Shown in pieces: positions 21,001 to 30,363 of a DNA stretch of 64,000 nucleotides (its first letter is position 1; each line of letters starts with the position of its first letter). A model generated the notes under the pieces. That model searched no databases and had not been told where the DNA came from. It saw nothing but the letters and a program-made list of their open reading frames with translations. The DNA comes from an uncultured Bacilli bacterium. GTDB lineage: Bacteria > Bacillota_I > Bacilli_A > RF39 > UBA660. Where the stretch lies: assembly GCA_934119955.1 (NCBI GenBank), contig CAKOSZ010000005.1, forward strand, positions 53,927-117,926, read 5' to 3'. The position numbers were made by a program, and so were the translations under genes.

Positions 21001-21457
21001 TAAAAAAGATTTAACTAAAATCGCATTAAGTTATAAAAATGCTTATGTTGCAACTATTAGTTTAGGTTATAATATGAATCAAGCAGTTAAGGCTTTTAAG
21101 GAAGCAGTCGAGTATGATGGTCCAAGTATTATTATTGCTTATTCTCCTTGTATTGCTCATGGTATTTTAAAAGGAATGAGTAATTCCATTGAAGAAGAAA
21201 AATTTGCAACTGAATCTGGTTATTTTCCTTTATTTAGATATAGTCCAAAAAAAGGAATGACACTTGATAGTAAGGCTGATTTTTCTAAATATTACGAATT
21301 TATTGCTGGGGAAGATAGATATCGTACCTTAAAGAAAATAAATCCAGATGATTACTCTAATTTACTAGAAATGAATAGAGATAATGCTATGGAACGTTTT
21401 AAATATTTTGAAAAATTTAGTCAAAATAGTGAAAAGAAAGACGAAGAAAAACAATAA
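18023..21457 (+). CDS. nifJ: Pyruvate:ferredoxin (flavodoxin) oxidoreductase, single-chain PFOR
   Basis: About 1145 aa. Two 4Fe-4S ferredoxin motifs (CIGCNMCSFVCP, CTGCGLCVNACP) and a TPP motif GGDGWAYDIG. RBS GGAGG precedes the ATG at 18023. Confidence 0.95.
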   Translation: MYKIMDGNEACSYVSYNFTELAGIYPITPSSPMAELIDSYSNDKTNFFGSHVKVVEMQSEAGAIGLVHGSLLSGVLTTTYTASQGLLLMIPNMYKIAGEGLPMVMNVAARSLATHALSIMGDHQDIYATRATGFAILANSSPQEVMDLTSVAHLSAIKGHIPFLNFFDGFRTSHELQKVELIDLGKVSKLIDKKELQKFRNGGINLDNPHTFGTCQMDDVYFQYAEAKNSFYDNLPDVVNEYMEEINSITGKCYKPFNYYGSPTAKSIIAAMGSVCETIKETVDYLNSQGLDYGLIEVHLYRPFSSKYLLKVLPQSVKKIAVLDRTKENGSNAPLYLDISNFVKENKLDIEVFGGRYGLSGKDTNPSHIKTVYDYLNNGKIFNNFTISIVDDVTNLSLKTTKFNVPSKNYEMLIYGFGSDGMVSASKDIIKITGTGSKAFVQGYFEYDSKKSGGVTISHLRFGANPIRSTYYINMANTIVVTKDSYLNKFEILTRIKENGTFILNTERSRDEVLELMSSKDKDIIRKNRVKFYIINASKIADDVGLPGKISSIMEALIFKLCHIIDYKYAIKEIENSLEKKFKNKGNNILEKNLEAIKMIDKYEEVVIEKKDVGDLTNNKDGMTIFEVLQKRMGDKIPVSSFVSNYNGMTPPISSSLERRYTSSVSPYYNKNNCIGCNMCSFVCPHAVIRPYLLSNEEYEAAPEYVRERCIDTSVKSKIYKFTIAVNVANCTGCGLCVNACPGKKGNKALSLVDIKKLLNEKEQKRFEYLEKNIEEKRVLDKFTVKGSQFVKPKFMYPGACSGCGETPYLKLMTQLFGDNLVVANATGCSSIYSASYPSMAYNVPWANSLFEDNAEFGLGMCVADLTIKEHIKDIVKEKIKNSDDETIQIFDEYLADSKENYLKLYDYVTNSKDKDLLPYKNFIKEKTFFLVGGDGWAYDIGFSGIDHVLSNNYNVNILVLDTEVYSNTGGQSSKSSQIGVVAKFASHGKYSNKKDLTKIALSYKNAYVATISLGYNMNQAVKAFKEAVEYDGPSIIIAYSPCIAHGILKGMSNSIEEEKFATESGYFPLFRYSPKKGMTLDSKADFSKYYEFIAGEDRYRTLKKINPDDYSNLLEMNRDNAMERFKYFEKFSQNSEKKDEEKQ

Positions 21458-21657
21458 TTTCTTTGTTTTTTTAATATTATTATTCTAATTTCATATACTA
21501 AAAAGAAGATTTTAATAAAATTTTTAGATAAATATAATGATTACAAGTTATAATTAAAAAAAATTGAAAAATAATTAAATTTTAGTATTAAGTAATTAAG
21601 TAAAATCATAAATAAAAGAAAATTTTTCTTTGATAACTAAAATAAAGTGAAATCAAC

Positions 21658-21686
21658 TTGCTTTTTATTTATAATTGTGGTATAAT
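21658..21686 (+). promoter_or_regulatory. Promoter of the adhesin-sortase operon
   Basis: TTGCTT, 17-nt spacer, TGgTATAAT (extended -10). Confidence 0.6.
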
Positions 21687-21717
21687 ATGAACCGTTAAGT
21701 TGTTAGGGGGAATAACT

Positions 21718-23526
21718 ATGAAAAAAATAACTATGTTTATAATTATGTTAATAGGCTTAACATTTAGTTTAAGTATAATGAATGTTAATGCTGCACCTAG
21801 TACTATTCAAACAGTTGAAAAGTCTAAGATGTATTATTTTAGTGAAAAGAATAAAAGTGATTATATTAATGGATACAACTTTTATCGTAAGGAGTTAACT
21901 GATGGCTCTCTTGCATATTGTGCTAGTAATATAAATACCAAAGTACCTGCTGGTGTGACTTTAAGTCTTAAAGGTGAAAACCAAGATATGGGATTAAACT
22001 ATATTATTCAAAATGGTTATCCTAATAAAAGTTTTACTGGTGATGGGAAAAAAGATTATTATATTACTCAGGCTACTATTTGGGCATATTATGATGCAAC
22101 TTGTGGAAGTAGTAACTGGAAGAAAAATACTTTTACTAGCTCTTCAACTGGTATGAAAAAGTATGTTTATACATTATTACAAGAAGCATTAAATGCTAGA
22201 AATACATCATATCCTACACCAAGTATGTCACTTGTATATTTAGATAAAAGTTTAACTTTAAAAAATGGATATTTTGTATCTAATCCAGTAAAAGTAAATT
22301 TAACTAATACAACAGGTGTTTATACTGTTAATTTAGAAAATGCACCTACTGGTACAGTTATTAAAGATAAAAACGGAAATGTTAAAACTTCATTTAATAA
22401 TGGAGAAGAATTTGTTTTATATGTACCATCTAGTGCTATTTCAACTTTAAAAGGTGAAGTTAAAGTAAAAGTTTTATCAGTTGGCTTAGTTAAGAAAACA
22501 TATATTTATACAATTAATAATAAAAAATATCAAGATATTATTCCAAGAGAATATGAAGAAAAAACTGATTTAAGTGAAGTTTTAGTATTTAATTATGAAA
22601 AAGAACCAAATAAAGTAAAAATTAGTAAACAAGATATTACTACTAAAAAAGAACTACCAGGAGCAACTCTTGTTGTTAAAGATAAAGATGGTAAAGAAAT
22701 AGATAAATGGGTATCAACTAATGAACCACATTATATTGAAAATTTAAAACCAGGTAAATATACTTTAACTGAGGAAATTGCCCCAAATGGATATGTTTTA
22801 AGTAAAGAAACAGTTACCTTTTCTGTAAAAGATGATGGAAGCGTTACCGAAGTAGTTATGTATAATACAAAAAAAGAAGTAACAAAATTAAAAATTAGTA
22901 AACAAGATATTACAACTAAGAAAGAATTACCCGGAGCAACACTTATTTTAAAAAATAAAAATGATAAAGAAATAGACAAATGGGTATCAACTAATGAACC
23001 ACATTATATTGAAGGATTAGAAGCAGGAGAATATAGTCTAACCGAAATAATTGCTCCAAATGGATATGTTTTAAGTAAAGAAACAATTAAATTTATTCTT
23101 GAAGCAAATGGTAGTGTTAAAGAGGTAGTTATGTATAATACTAAAACAACAATTGTTAAAATTAGTAAACAAGATGTAACTACTAAGAAAGAACTACCAG
23201 GAGCAACCCTTGTTGTTAAAGATAAAGATGATAAAGAAGTAGACAAATGGGTATCAACTAATGAACCACATTATATTGAAGGATTAGAAGCAGGAGAATA
23301 TACCTTAACTGAGGTAATTGCCCCAGATGGATATGTTTTAAGTGAAGAAACAATTAAATTTACAGTTAAAGCCGATGGTAGTGTTACCGAAGTAGTTATG
23401 TATAATACCTTATATGAAGTACCTATAACAGATTTAAATGTAAATCAAACATTAATGATAATTGCAGCAGTACTAGTTTTAATGGGAACAGGATTGGTTG
23501 TATATTATGCAAAATTCTCAAAATAA
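21718..23526 (+). CDS. Cell-surface adhesin: signal peptide, thioester (TQXA-type) domain, three SpaA/CnaB-like repeats, C-terminal sorting-like signal
   Basis: Signal peptide MKKITMF...NVNA. Cys in YCASN plus TQATIW (thioester Cys-Gln signature). Three repeats of about 90 aa (ISKQD.TTKKELPGATL..KDK). C-terminal TM and KFSK tail. Confidence 0.8.
   Translation: MKKITMFIIMLIGLTFSLSIMNVNAAPSTIQTVEKSKMYYFSEKNKSDYINGYNFYRKELTDGSLAYCASNINTKVPAGVTLSLKGENQDMGLNYIIQNGYPNKSFTGDGKKDYYITQATIWAYYDATCGSSNWKKNTFTSSSTGMKKYVYTLLQEALNARNTSYPTPSMSLVYLDKSLTLKNGYFVSNPVKVNLTNTTGVYTVNLENAPTGTVIKDKNGNVKTSFNNGEEFVLYVPSSAISTLKGEVKVKVLSVGLVKKTYIYTINNKKYQDIIPREYEEKTDLSEVLVFNYEKEPNKVKISKQDITTKKELPGATLVVKDKDGKEIDKWVSTNEPHYIENLKPGKYTLTEEIAPNGYVLSKETVTFSVKDDGSVTEVVMYNTKKEVTKLKISKQDITTKKELPGATLILKNKNDKEIDKWVSTNEPHYIEGLEAGEYSLTEIIAPNGYVLSKETIKFILEANGSVKEVVMYNTKTTIVKISKQDVTTKKELPGATLVVKDKDDKEVDKWVSTNEPHYIEGLEAGEYTLTEVIAPDGYVLSEETIKFTVKADGSVTEVVMYNTLYEVPITDLNVNQTLMIIAAVLVLMGTGLVVYYAKFSK
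22612..23410 (+). repeat. Three tandem near-identical coding repeats (273 and 267 bp periods)
   Basis: attagtaaacaagat recurs at 22621, 22894 and 23161. The protein repeats are highly similar across most of their length. Confidence 0.9.
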
Positions 23527-24160
23527 AATTATTGTAGTAATTGGTACTTTGCTAATAGTATCAGGAATTATGATTTTATCAAGTAATTATTTTAATGAAA
23601 AACTAGGAAATGCATATAGCCATATGAATAGTTTATTACTTGCAAATGAGGAAATAGTTGAATTGCCAGATGAAGTAGACAACGTAGATGAGTCTACTTC
23701 TTTAATAAAAAAAGAGGAAGAGACAAAGGTTTATGTTGATCCTTATGAAAAATATTATATTGGTAGTCTAGAAATACCAAAAATTAATTTAAATAAAGGT
23801 TTTACATCTATGGATTCTCCTTATAACTCTGTAAATAAAAATATAGAAGTTGTTAAGAAATCCTCTTATCCTGATAAAGAAAAAGGAAACTTCATTTTAG
23901 CAGCTCATTCAGGTAATAGTTATTTGGCTTATTTTAGAAATCTTTATCAATTAACAATTGGTGACAAGGCTTATGTAAATTATAAAAATAAAAAATATAC
24001 ATATAAAATAGTAAATATTTATGAACAAGAAAAAACAGGTAAAATAGCAATTTATCGTGATTTAGATAAAAATACTTTAACCTTAATTACTTGTACTAAA
24101 AATAGTCATACTAAACAAACAATTTATATTTTAGAACTTGAAAGTGTTATTAATATCTAA
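23507..24160 (+). CDS. Sortase-family transpeptidase (class uncertain)
   Basis: N-terminal TM, His in ILAAHSG, Cys in LTLITCT. Overlaps the 3' end of the adhesin gene. Confidence 0.75.
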   Translation: MQNSQNKIIVVIGTLLIVSGIMILSSNYFNEKLGNAYSHMNSLLLANEEIVELPDEVDNVDESTSLIKKEEETKVYVDPYEKYYIGSLEIPKINLNKGFTSMDSPYNSVNKNIEVVKKSSYPDKEKGNFILAAHSGNSYLAYFRNLYQLTIGDKAYVNYKNKKYTYKIVNIYEQEKTGKIAIYRDLDKNTLTLITCTKNSHTKQTIYILELESVINI

Positions 24161-24181
24161 AAAAGATGGGGGGTGGATATA

Positions 24182-25531
24182 ATGATACAAGTAAGTATTT
24201 TTGAACAAATAGAAATGTTTTTCAATATATTTATACATTTACAAAATAAGTTTATTTTACTAGGAATTACATTTTTCTTATTACTAATAATGATTTTAGC
24301 AAGCAAATTTAAAAATAAGAAAATAACTAAGATAATTTGTTTTTTAACTTATTTAAGTATTATTTCTTATTTAGTGTATAAATATCATTTAGAAATATTA
24401 AACTTATTAGATTATTTAATGGATAATATTACATTTTTGTTGTTTTTTCCAAATTTAGCAGTTTATATTTTGGTTTTAATACTTGTTAATTTCTTGGTCA
24501 TTAAATCCATTTTCTCTTTAAAAAATAAAAAGTTAGAAAAAATTATTAATATATCTTTCTTTATGATATTTAATATAATTTTCTATTTAATAGTTAATAA
24601 TATTATTGAAAACAATATCAATGTATATGAACAATTAAGTATTTATACTAATAATGAATTATTAAATTTAATTGGTTTAAATATGAAATTATTTTTAATC
24701 TGGATTTTAGTTATTTTAGTTATTAATTTAATTAATTATTTAATAGTTAAATTAGATAATAAAAAATATGCTAATAATAATTTAACTTTAACAGTACCTG
24801 AAAGTAATGAATTAGATGCTGCTAATTTTATAAATAGTACTACTAGTGATAACTATAATATATATAATGATTATTTAGATATTGTTCCGGTTAAGAAAAA
24901 AGTATATAAAGAAGTTGTGCCTGAAATAACGAATGATGTTAGTCATGAAATTATAAAAGAAACAACCAGTGATAATACTAATGATACTTCTAATATAGAA
25001 AAACCAGTTTTAACATTTTCAAATGAAGAAGTTAATAGTATTTTAGATAATATTTATAATAAAGAAGATAATTTAAATAAAAATGATTATTTAGATAACA
25101 AAGAACTTGCAAACAATCTTGATTTATTAGAAGAAGATATTGATAAAGATAATTCTTTCTTAATGCCTACTCTTGATGAATTATTAAATAATAGTATAAA
25201 ACATGATTATAAATTAGATATACAAGAAATACCTGAACTTGATAATAATAAATATATAAATAATGAAACTGAGGTTGACTTAAAATCATATGATGATATT
25301 TTTTCAAATTATAAATCTAATATTAATTATCAAGATGATATGGATAATGTATTTACTAGTAATTCTAATTATTTAGATAATATTTTATATGATGTTGAAA
25401 AATTAAGAAATAATACATGTGATAAGTTACAAATAGAAGAAGTATATAATAAAATTAAATTAAATCATGATAATTTAAGTTTAAATGATTATAATTATTT
25501 AATTAATCGTTTATTAGAAATAAAAAAATAA
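24182..25531 (+). CDS. Polytopic membrane protein with Asn/Asp-rich C-terminal tail, unknown function
   Basis: Several TM helices, then a low-complexity acidic region. G-rich RBS precedes the ATG at 24182. Confidence 0.55.
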   Translation: MIQVSIFEQIEMFFNIFIHLQNKFILLGITFFLLLIMILASKFKNKKITKIICFLTYLSIISYLVYKYHLEILNLLDYLMDNITFLLFFPNLAVYILVLILVNFLVIKSIFSLKNKKLEKIINISFFMIFNIIFYLIVNNIIENNINVYEQLSIYTNNELLNLIGLNMKLFLIWILVILVINLINYLIVKLDNKKYANNNLTLTVPESNELDAANFINSTTSDNYNIYNDYLDIVPVKKKVYKEVVPEITNDVSHEIIKETTSDNTNDTSNIEKPVLTFSNEEVNSILDNIYNKEDNLNKNDYLDNKELANNLDLLEEDIDKDNSFLMPTLDELLNNSIKHDYKLDIQEIPELDNNKYINNETEVDLKSYDDIFSNYKSNINYQDDMDNVFTSNSNYLDNILYDVEKLRNNTCDKLQIEEVYNKIKLNHDNLSLNDYNYLINRLLEIKK

Positions 25532-25542
25532 AGGTAATTTGA

Positions 25543-26061
25543 TTAATTCGTTTTACCTTTTTTTATTTTTTTAAAAATTACTAAACAAGTATCAATTACT
25601 AAAATTATAAGAATTATAATAGATACTTTGTTTGGTATTTTTTTAATAATATTTTTGTCAAAAAATGGATGTAAAAAATAAACAGTTATTAAAGTTAATA
25701 TTCCCCAGTACAATGCATAGTCTAGACAAATATATTTACCAAAATGGAATTTGTGTTTGGTATAATTCCATTTATCAATATTTAAAAATAAATGAATTAG
25801 ATTGCCACCAATAAACTCTATGGTTGTTGTTATAATAATAAATATTAAATATAATAATACTATTTTAAGAAATATATTTGGTATTAAATCATTTATCTTA
25901 TTAAATACAATAATACATGGTAATTGACCAAATCCATAGACAAGTGTATAAGGACCATAAAAGATACCACTATGTTTATTGTCATTACATACTTTGTAAA
26001 CTACACTTTCTAAAATAAATCCAAGTAGGGAATAAAACATTATTAAGTTAAAATAATACAT
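25543..26061 (-). CDS. Small polytopic membrane protein, 'putative ABC-transporter type IV' (CmpB-like) family
   Basis: The N-terminus FYSLLGFILESVVYK resembles the paralog at 52687 (GATSGWVLELIFRR). Confidence 0.5.
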   Translation of the reverse strand: MYYFNLIMFYSLLGFILESVVYKVCNDNKHSGIFYGPYTLVYGFGQLPCIIVFNKINDLIPNIFLKIVLLYLIFIIITTTIEFIGGNLIHLFLNIDKWNYTKHKFHFGKYICLDYALYWGILTLITVYFLHPFFDKNIIKKIPNKVSIIILIILVIDTCLVIFKKIKKGKTN

Positions 26062-26171
26062 ATATCACCTGTTAAATATATGTAAATTTTTTTAAAATAT
26101 TTGTCTTTTTCATTTAAATAGTATAAAATATTAATATAAAGTTATCATATATGGAGGTACTTGTGATAATT

Positions 26172-26300
26172 TAGCGCCAGAACTTAGGTTGACGAGGTTT
26201 AATGTTATCGAATTATCGGCGGATGCATTAACGGGTGGTACTCGTAAGATATATTACAAAAAATAAAATTAAAATTATAACAAAGAATATATCAACCATA
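26172..26300 (+). ncRNA. glmS_ribozyme: glmS glucosamine-6-phosphate-activated ribozyme
   Basis: AGCGCCAGAAC...GACGAGG...TTATCGAATTATCGGCGGATGC...ACGGG matches the conserved glmS ribozyme core. It lies immediately 5' of glmS. The 3' boundary is approximate. Confidence 0.85.
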
Positions 26301-26310
26301 AAGGAGATTT

Positions 26311-28083
26311 ATGTGTGGAATTATAGGATATAATGGATCTAAAAATAGTATTCCTATTTTGATTCAAGGTTTAAAAAAATTAGAATATAGAGGATATGAT
26401 TCAAGTGGAATAGCATATTTTCTAGATGGAAAAGTTAAAATATATAAAGAAAAAGGAAGAATAGAAGAATTAGAAAAAATATTAGTTCCAGATAATTCAA
26501 CAATTGGAATAGGTCATACAAGATGGGCAACCCATGGTAAGCCAAGTCAAACAAATGCACATCCGCATAAAGTTGGAAATGTAACCTTAGTTCATAATGG
26601 AATAATTGAAAATTATCAAGAATTAAAAGAAGAATTATTAAAGAAAGGTTATACTTTTAAAACGGAAACTGATACTGAGGTAGCAACTGCCTTAATAGAT
26701 GATTTAATCAAGAATAAAGAAAGTATTATAGATGGTCTTTCTAAATTAAGAAGTCTTATAAAAGGAAGTTATGCTTTTGCTATTTTATTTGATTTTGATC
26801 CTGATAATATATATGCTCTTAGATGTGAAAGTCCATTAATTGTGGCTGAAAGTAATATAGGTAACTTTATAGCCTCAGACATCCCAGCAATTTTAGAATA
26901 TACCAAGAATTATTATTTAATAGATGATGCCATTGTTGTTCTTGGTAAAGATAAAATTAAATTTTATTTAGATAATAAAGAAATTCAAAAAGAAATGTTA
27001 ACTTTTAATCATGATATAGATTCAGCCACTAAGGGTGGATATAGTCATTATATGTTGAAAGAAATAAATGAAGAACCAGAATTAGTAGAAAAGTATCTTA
27101 CTTATTATTTAAATAATTTAGAACTTATTCCAGATATTAATAAGTATAAGAAAATATTTATTGTTGCTTGTGGTTCGGCTTATCATGCTAGTTTAATAGG
27201 ATCATATTTGATTGAAAAATATTTAAATATAGAAACCAAGGTTGAACTTGCTAGTGAATTTCGTTATAAAAAGAATTTTTTAACTAAGGATAGTTTAGTA
27301 ATCTTAGTTTCTCAATCAGGAGAAACTGCTGATACTATTGCTTCTTTAAGACTTGTAAAAGAAAACAAAGTAGCAACTCTTGGAATTGTTAATGTAGTAG
27401 GTTCAACAATTGCCAGGGAAAGTGATAAAGTAATTTATATAAATGCCGGGTGTGAAATAGCTGTTGCAACTACCAAAGCTTTTGCTTTACAAGTATTAAC
27501 ATTTAGTATGTTAGTATATAAAGAATTAATAAATACTAATCATGAATTAAGTAAAAAAGTATTAAATGATTATAACAAATTAAAAGAAGAAATTAAAAAT
27601 CTTATTAATCTAGATTATAAACATATGGTAGATAAAATTAGCAAACATAAAGATGTATTTTTTATAGGAAGACTAATAGACTATTACTTAGCCTTAGAAG
27701 GCTCTTTAAAACTAAAAGAAATTTCTTATATACATTCTGAAACATATGCAGCAGGTGAACTAAAACACGGAACTATTTCCTTAATAGAAAATGATACCCC
27801 AGTTATTAGTATTTTAACCGATTTAAGTATTTATGAAAAAACAGTTAGTAATATCAAAGAAGTTAAGGCAAGGGGAGCTTACTCCTTAGTTATTAAAAGA
27901 AAAGGTATTAATATAGCAAGTGATGTTTATGATGACTTAATTGAGATTGAAGATTTAAGTGATTTGGTAACTTCTGTTTTAACAGTTATTCCTTTACAAT
28001 TATTAGCATATCATGTTGCTTATAATTTAGGATATGATATAGATAAGCCAAGAAATCTTGCTAAAAGTGTAACCGTAGAATAA
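26311..28083 (+). CDS. glmS: Glutamine--fructose-6-phosphate aminotransferase
   Basis: MCGIIGY N-terminal nucleophile, two SIS domains, C-terminal KSVTVE. Confidence 0.97.
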   Translation: MCGIIGYNGSKNSIPILIQGLKKLEYRGYDSSGIAYFLDGKVKIYKEKGRIEELEKILVPDNSTIGIGHTRWATHGKPSQTNAHPHKVGNVTLVHNGIIENYQELKEELLKKGYTFKTETDTEVATALIDDLIKNKESIIDGLSKLRSLIKGSYAFAILFDFDPDNIYALRCESPLIVAESNIGNFIASDIPAILEYTKNYYLIDDAIVVLGKDKIKFYLDNKEIQKEMLTFNHDIDSATKGGYSHYMLKEINEEPELVEKYLTYYLNNLELIPDINKYKKIFIVACGSAYHASLIGSYLIEKYLNIETKVELASEFRYKKNFLTKDSLVILVSQSGETADTIASLRLVKENKVATLGIVNVVGSTIARESDKVIYINAGCEIAVATTKAFALQVLTFSMLVYKELINTNHELSKKVLNDYNKLKEEIKNLINLDYKHMVDKISKHKDVFFIGRLIDYYLALEGSLKLKEISYIHSETYAAGELKHGTISLIENDTPVISILTDLSIYEKTVSNIKEVKARGAYSLVIKRKGINIASDVYDDLIEIEDLSDLVTSVLTVIPLQLLAYHVAYNLGYDIDKPRNLAKSVTVE

Positions 28084-28089
28084 AAAAAT

Positions 28090-28126
28090 AAACTATTAGA
28101 TTTTAAATAATTTAATAGTTTTTTTC
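28090..28126 (+). terminator. Rho-independent terminator of glmS
   Basis: AAACTATTA/TAATAGTTT hairpin plus T run. Confidence 0.65.
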
Positions 28127-28195
28127 AAAAAATAAATTCTTTCTAATTTACTAAAACAACATTTTTTGATATAATATGCTAGAAGCGAGGTTGAA

Positions 28196-30202
28196 ATGGA
28201 ACTAAAAGATGTAAAAGGTATTGGAACAAAAAGCGTGTCTTTATTAAATAAATTAGGAATATTTAGTGTATTAGATTTAATTACTTATTATCCAGTTAGA
28301 TATGATGTATTAAAACAAACAAATTTTAATAACTTAGATAGTGATATGAAAGTAATTGTTGATGGTAAAGTTGAATCAATTCCATTGGTAATTAGAATTA
28401 AATCAGGTCTTAATAAAATGAATTTTCGTTTATCAACTAATGATAGAATATTTGGAGTATCAATTTTTAATCGAGCATTTATGAAACAACATTTATCAAT
28501 AGGGAGTAATGTAATTGTAATTGGAAAATATGATAAAGTAAAAAATGTTATAACAGCAAGTGATATAAAAATAGGAAGATTAGGTAATTCAGTTAAAATA
28601 GAACCAATTTATCATTTGACAAGTGGAATTACTTCTAAAAATATTTCAACATATGTAAATATGGCTCTTTTACAGTTAGGTCATGATGTAGATGATTTAA
28701 TACCTTCTTATATCATGGAAAAATATCATTTTTTAAGTAAGAAAATGGCTTTAAATATAATTCATAATCCAGATAGTATTGAAAAATTAAAAAGTGCTAA
28801 GATAAGACTTAAATATGAAGAATTATTTGCTTTCATGTTTAAAATAAATTATTTAAAAAGAGAAAATACTAAGTTAGATGGTATTAAAAGAAAAATTTAT
28901 AAAAAAGATATTACAAATATTTGTAAGATGTTGCCATTTGTTCTTACAAACGATCAATTGAAAGTAATTGAAGAAATTAGAGTTGATATGAATAGTAGTA
29001 AAAGAATGAATCGTTTAGTTCAAGGTGATGTTGGATCCGGAAAAACAATTGTTAGTTTAATTGCTATGTATATGAATAAATTAAGCGGTTTTCAAAGTGC
29101 TTTAATGGTTCCAACGGAAATACTTGCTAACCAGCATTATTTAAATATGAAAAATTTATTTGGTGATGTTGTGAAAGTAGAACTATTAACAGGATCAACT
29201 TCTAAAAAAGAAAAAAATAGAATTTATGAAGGTTTAATTGATGGAACAATTGATATGGTAGTAGGAACTCATGCATTAATTCAAGATGATGTTAAGTATA
29301 ATAATTTAGGACTTGTCGTAACTGATGAACAGCATAGATTTGGAGTTAATCAAAGAGATAATTTGAAAAATAAAGGTTTAATGCCAGATGTTTTGTATAT
29401 GAGTGCGACTCCAATTCCAAGAACATATGCTTTAACTATATATGGTGATATGGATGTTTCAACTATTAAAGAAATGCCAAAAGGAAGACAAGAAATTAAA
29501 ACTTATTTATTTAAAAATAATGAGATGCCAAAAGTTCTTGAAATGATGTATGATGAATTAAAAGAAAATCATCAAATATATGTAATTGCTCCTTTAATTG
29601 AAGAAAATGATACAAGTAATTTAACAAGTATAAATGAACTTAAAGATAAAATGAATGTAGCCTTTGGAAAAAAGTATAAAATTGATATTGTTCATGGCAA
29701 AATGCCAAGTAAAATGAAAGATGAAATAATGAATAAATTTAGTCACCATGAAATTGATATTTTGATAAGCACAACAGTTATTGAAGTTGGAATTGATGTT
29801 AAAAATGCTAGTCAAATGGTTATTTTTGATGCTAATAGATTTGGTCTTTCAACTCTTCATCAGTTAAGAGGTAGAGTAGGAAGAGGGAATATAAAATCAA
29901 GTTGTTTATTAATATCAGATACAGATACTAAACGACTTCAAATTTTATCTTCTACTAGTGATGGTTTTAAATTAAGTGAAGAAGATTTTAAGTTAAGAGG
30001 ATCAGGTGATTTATTTGGAACTAAGCAAAGTGGAGATATGACTTTTAAAATTGCTGATATAAAAGAAGATTATAAAATACTAGTGCAAGCAAGTACTGAT
30101 TCTTTGGAATTTTTAAATAATACTAAGGTTGAAGATTTAAAATTAAGAGATGAACTTATTAATAGTATAAAAAAAGAAAATTTAGAGCAAAATAAAATGT
30201 AA
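28196..30202 (+). CDS. recG: ATP-dependent DNA helicase RecG
   Basis: Wedge/OB N-terminus, Walker A GDVGSGKT, DEQH box, motif VI QLRGRVGRG. Confidence 0.95.
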   Translation: MELKDVKGIGTKSVSLLNKLGIFSVLDLITYYPVRYDVLKQTNFNNLDSDMKVIVDGKVESIPLVIRIKSGLNKMNFRLSTNDRIFGVSIFNRAFMKQHLSIGSNVIVIGKYDKVKNVITASDIKIGRLGNSVKIEPIYHLTSGITSKNISTYVNMALLQLGHDVDDLIPSYIMEKYHFLSKKMALNIIHNPDSIEKLKSAKIRLKYEELFAFMFKINYLKRENTKLDGIKRKIYKKDITNICKMLPFVLTNDQLKVIEEIRVDMNSSKRMNRLVQGDVGSGKTIVSLIAMYMNKLSGFQSALMVPTEILANQHYLNMKNLFGDVVKVELLTGSTSKKEKNRIYEGLIDGTIDMVVGTHALIQDDVKYNNLGLVVTDEQHRFGVNQRDNLKNKGLMPDVLYMSATPIPRTYALTIYGDMDVSTIKEMPKGRQEIKTYLFKNNEMPKVLEMMYDELKENHQIYVIAPLIEENDTSNLTSINELKDKMNVAFGKKYKIDIVHGKMPSKMKDEIMNKFSHHEIDILISTTVIEVGIDVKNASQMVIFDANRFGLSTLHQLRGRVGRGNIKSSCLLISDTDTKRLQILSSTSDGFKLSEEDFKLRGSGDLFGTKQSGDMTFKIADIKEDYKILVQASTDSLEFLNNTKVEDLKLRDELINSIKKENLEQNKM

Positions 30203-30239
30203 AATTTAAATTAAAAACTGTCAAATTAATATTTTTATC

Positions 30240-30268
30240 TTGACTATTTATCCAATTTATAATAAGAT
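30240..30268 (+). promoter_or_regulatory. Candidate promoter of a small RNA downstream of recG
   Basis: TTGACT, 17-nt spacer, TAAGAT. Confidence 0.4.
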
Positions 30269-30274
30269 TTATTT

Positions 30275-30363
30275 GTATGGTTAAACCATACATGCACTTC
30301 ATGGTTATAGTGAGTGCATATTCAACCAAAACCCCCTGAAGAGAGCGAAAGCTCTCATTTTTT
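30275..30363 (+). ncRNA. Candidate ~90-nt structured RNA (unknown family) ending in a GNRA-loop terminator
   Basis: Hairpin 1 is GTATGG-ttaaa-CCATAC (30275-30291). Hairpin 2 is ATGCACT/AGTGCAT (30292-30319). The terminator is GAGAGC-GAAA-GCTCTC plus a T run (30341-30363). Confidence 0.35.

Noticed and set aside
22731-23246. Minus-strand ORFs 22731-22979 and 23004-23246
   Set aside because: They are antisense images of the adhesin's tandem repeats, which is why they resemble each other. They are artefacts of the repeat.
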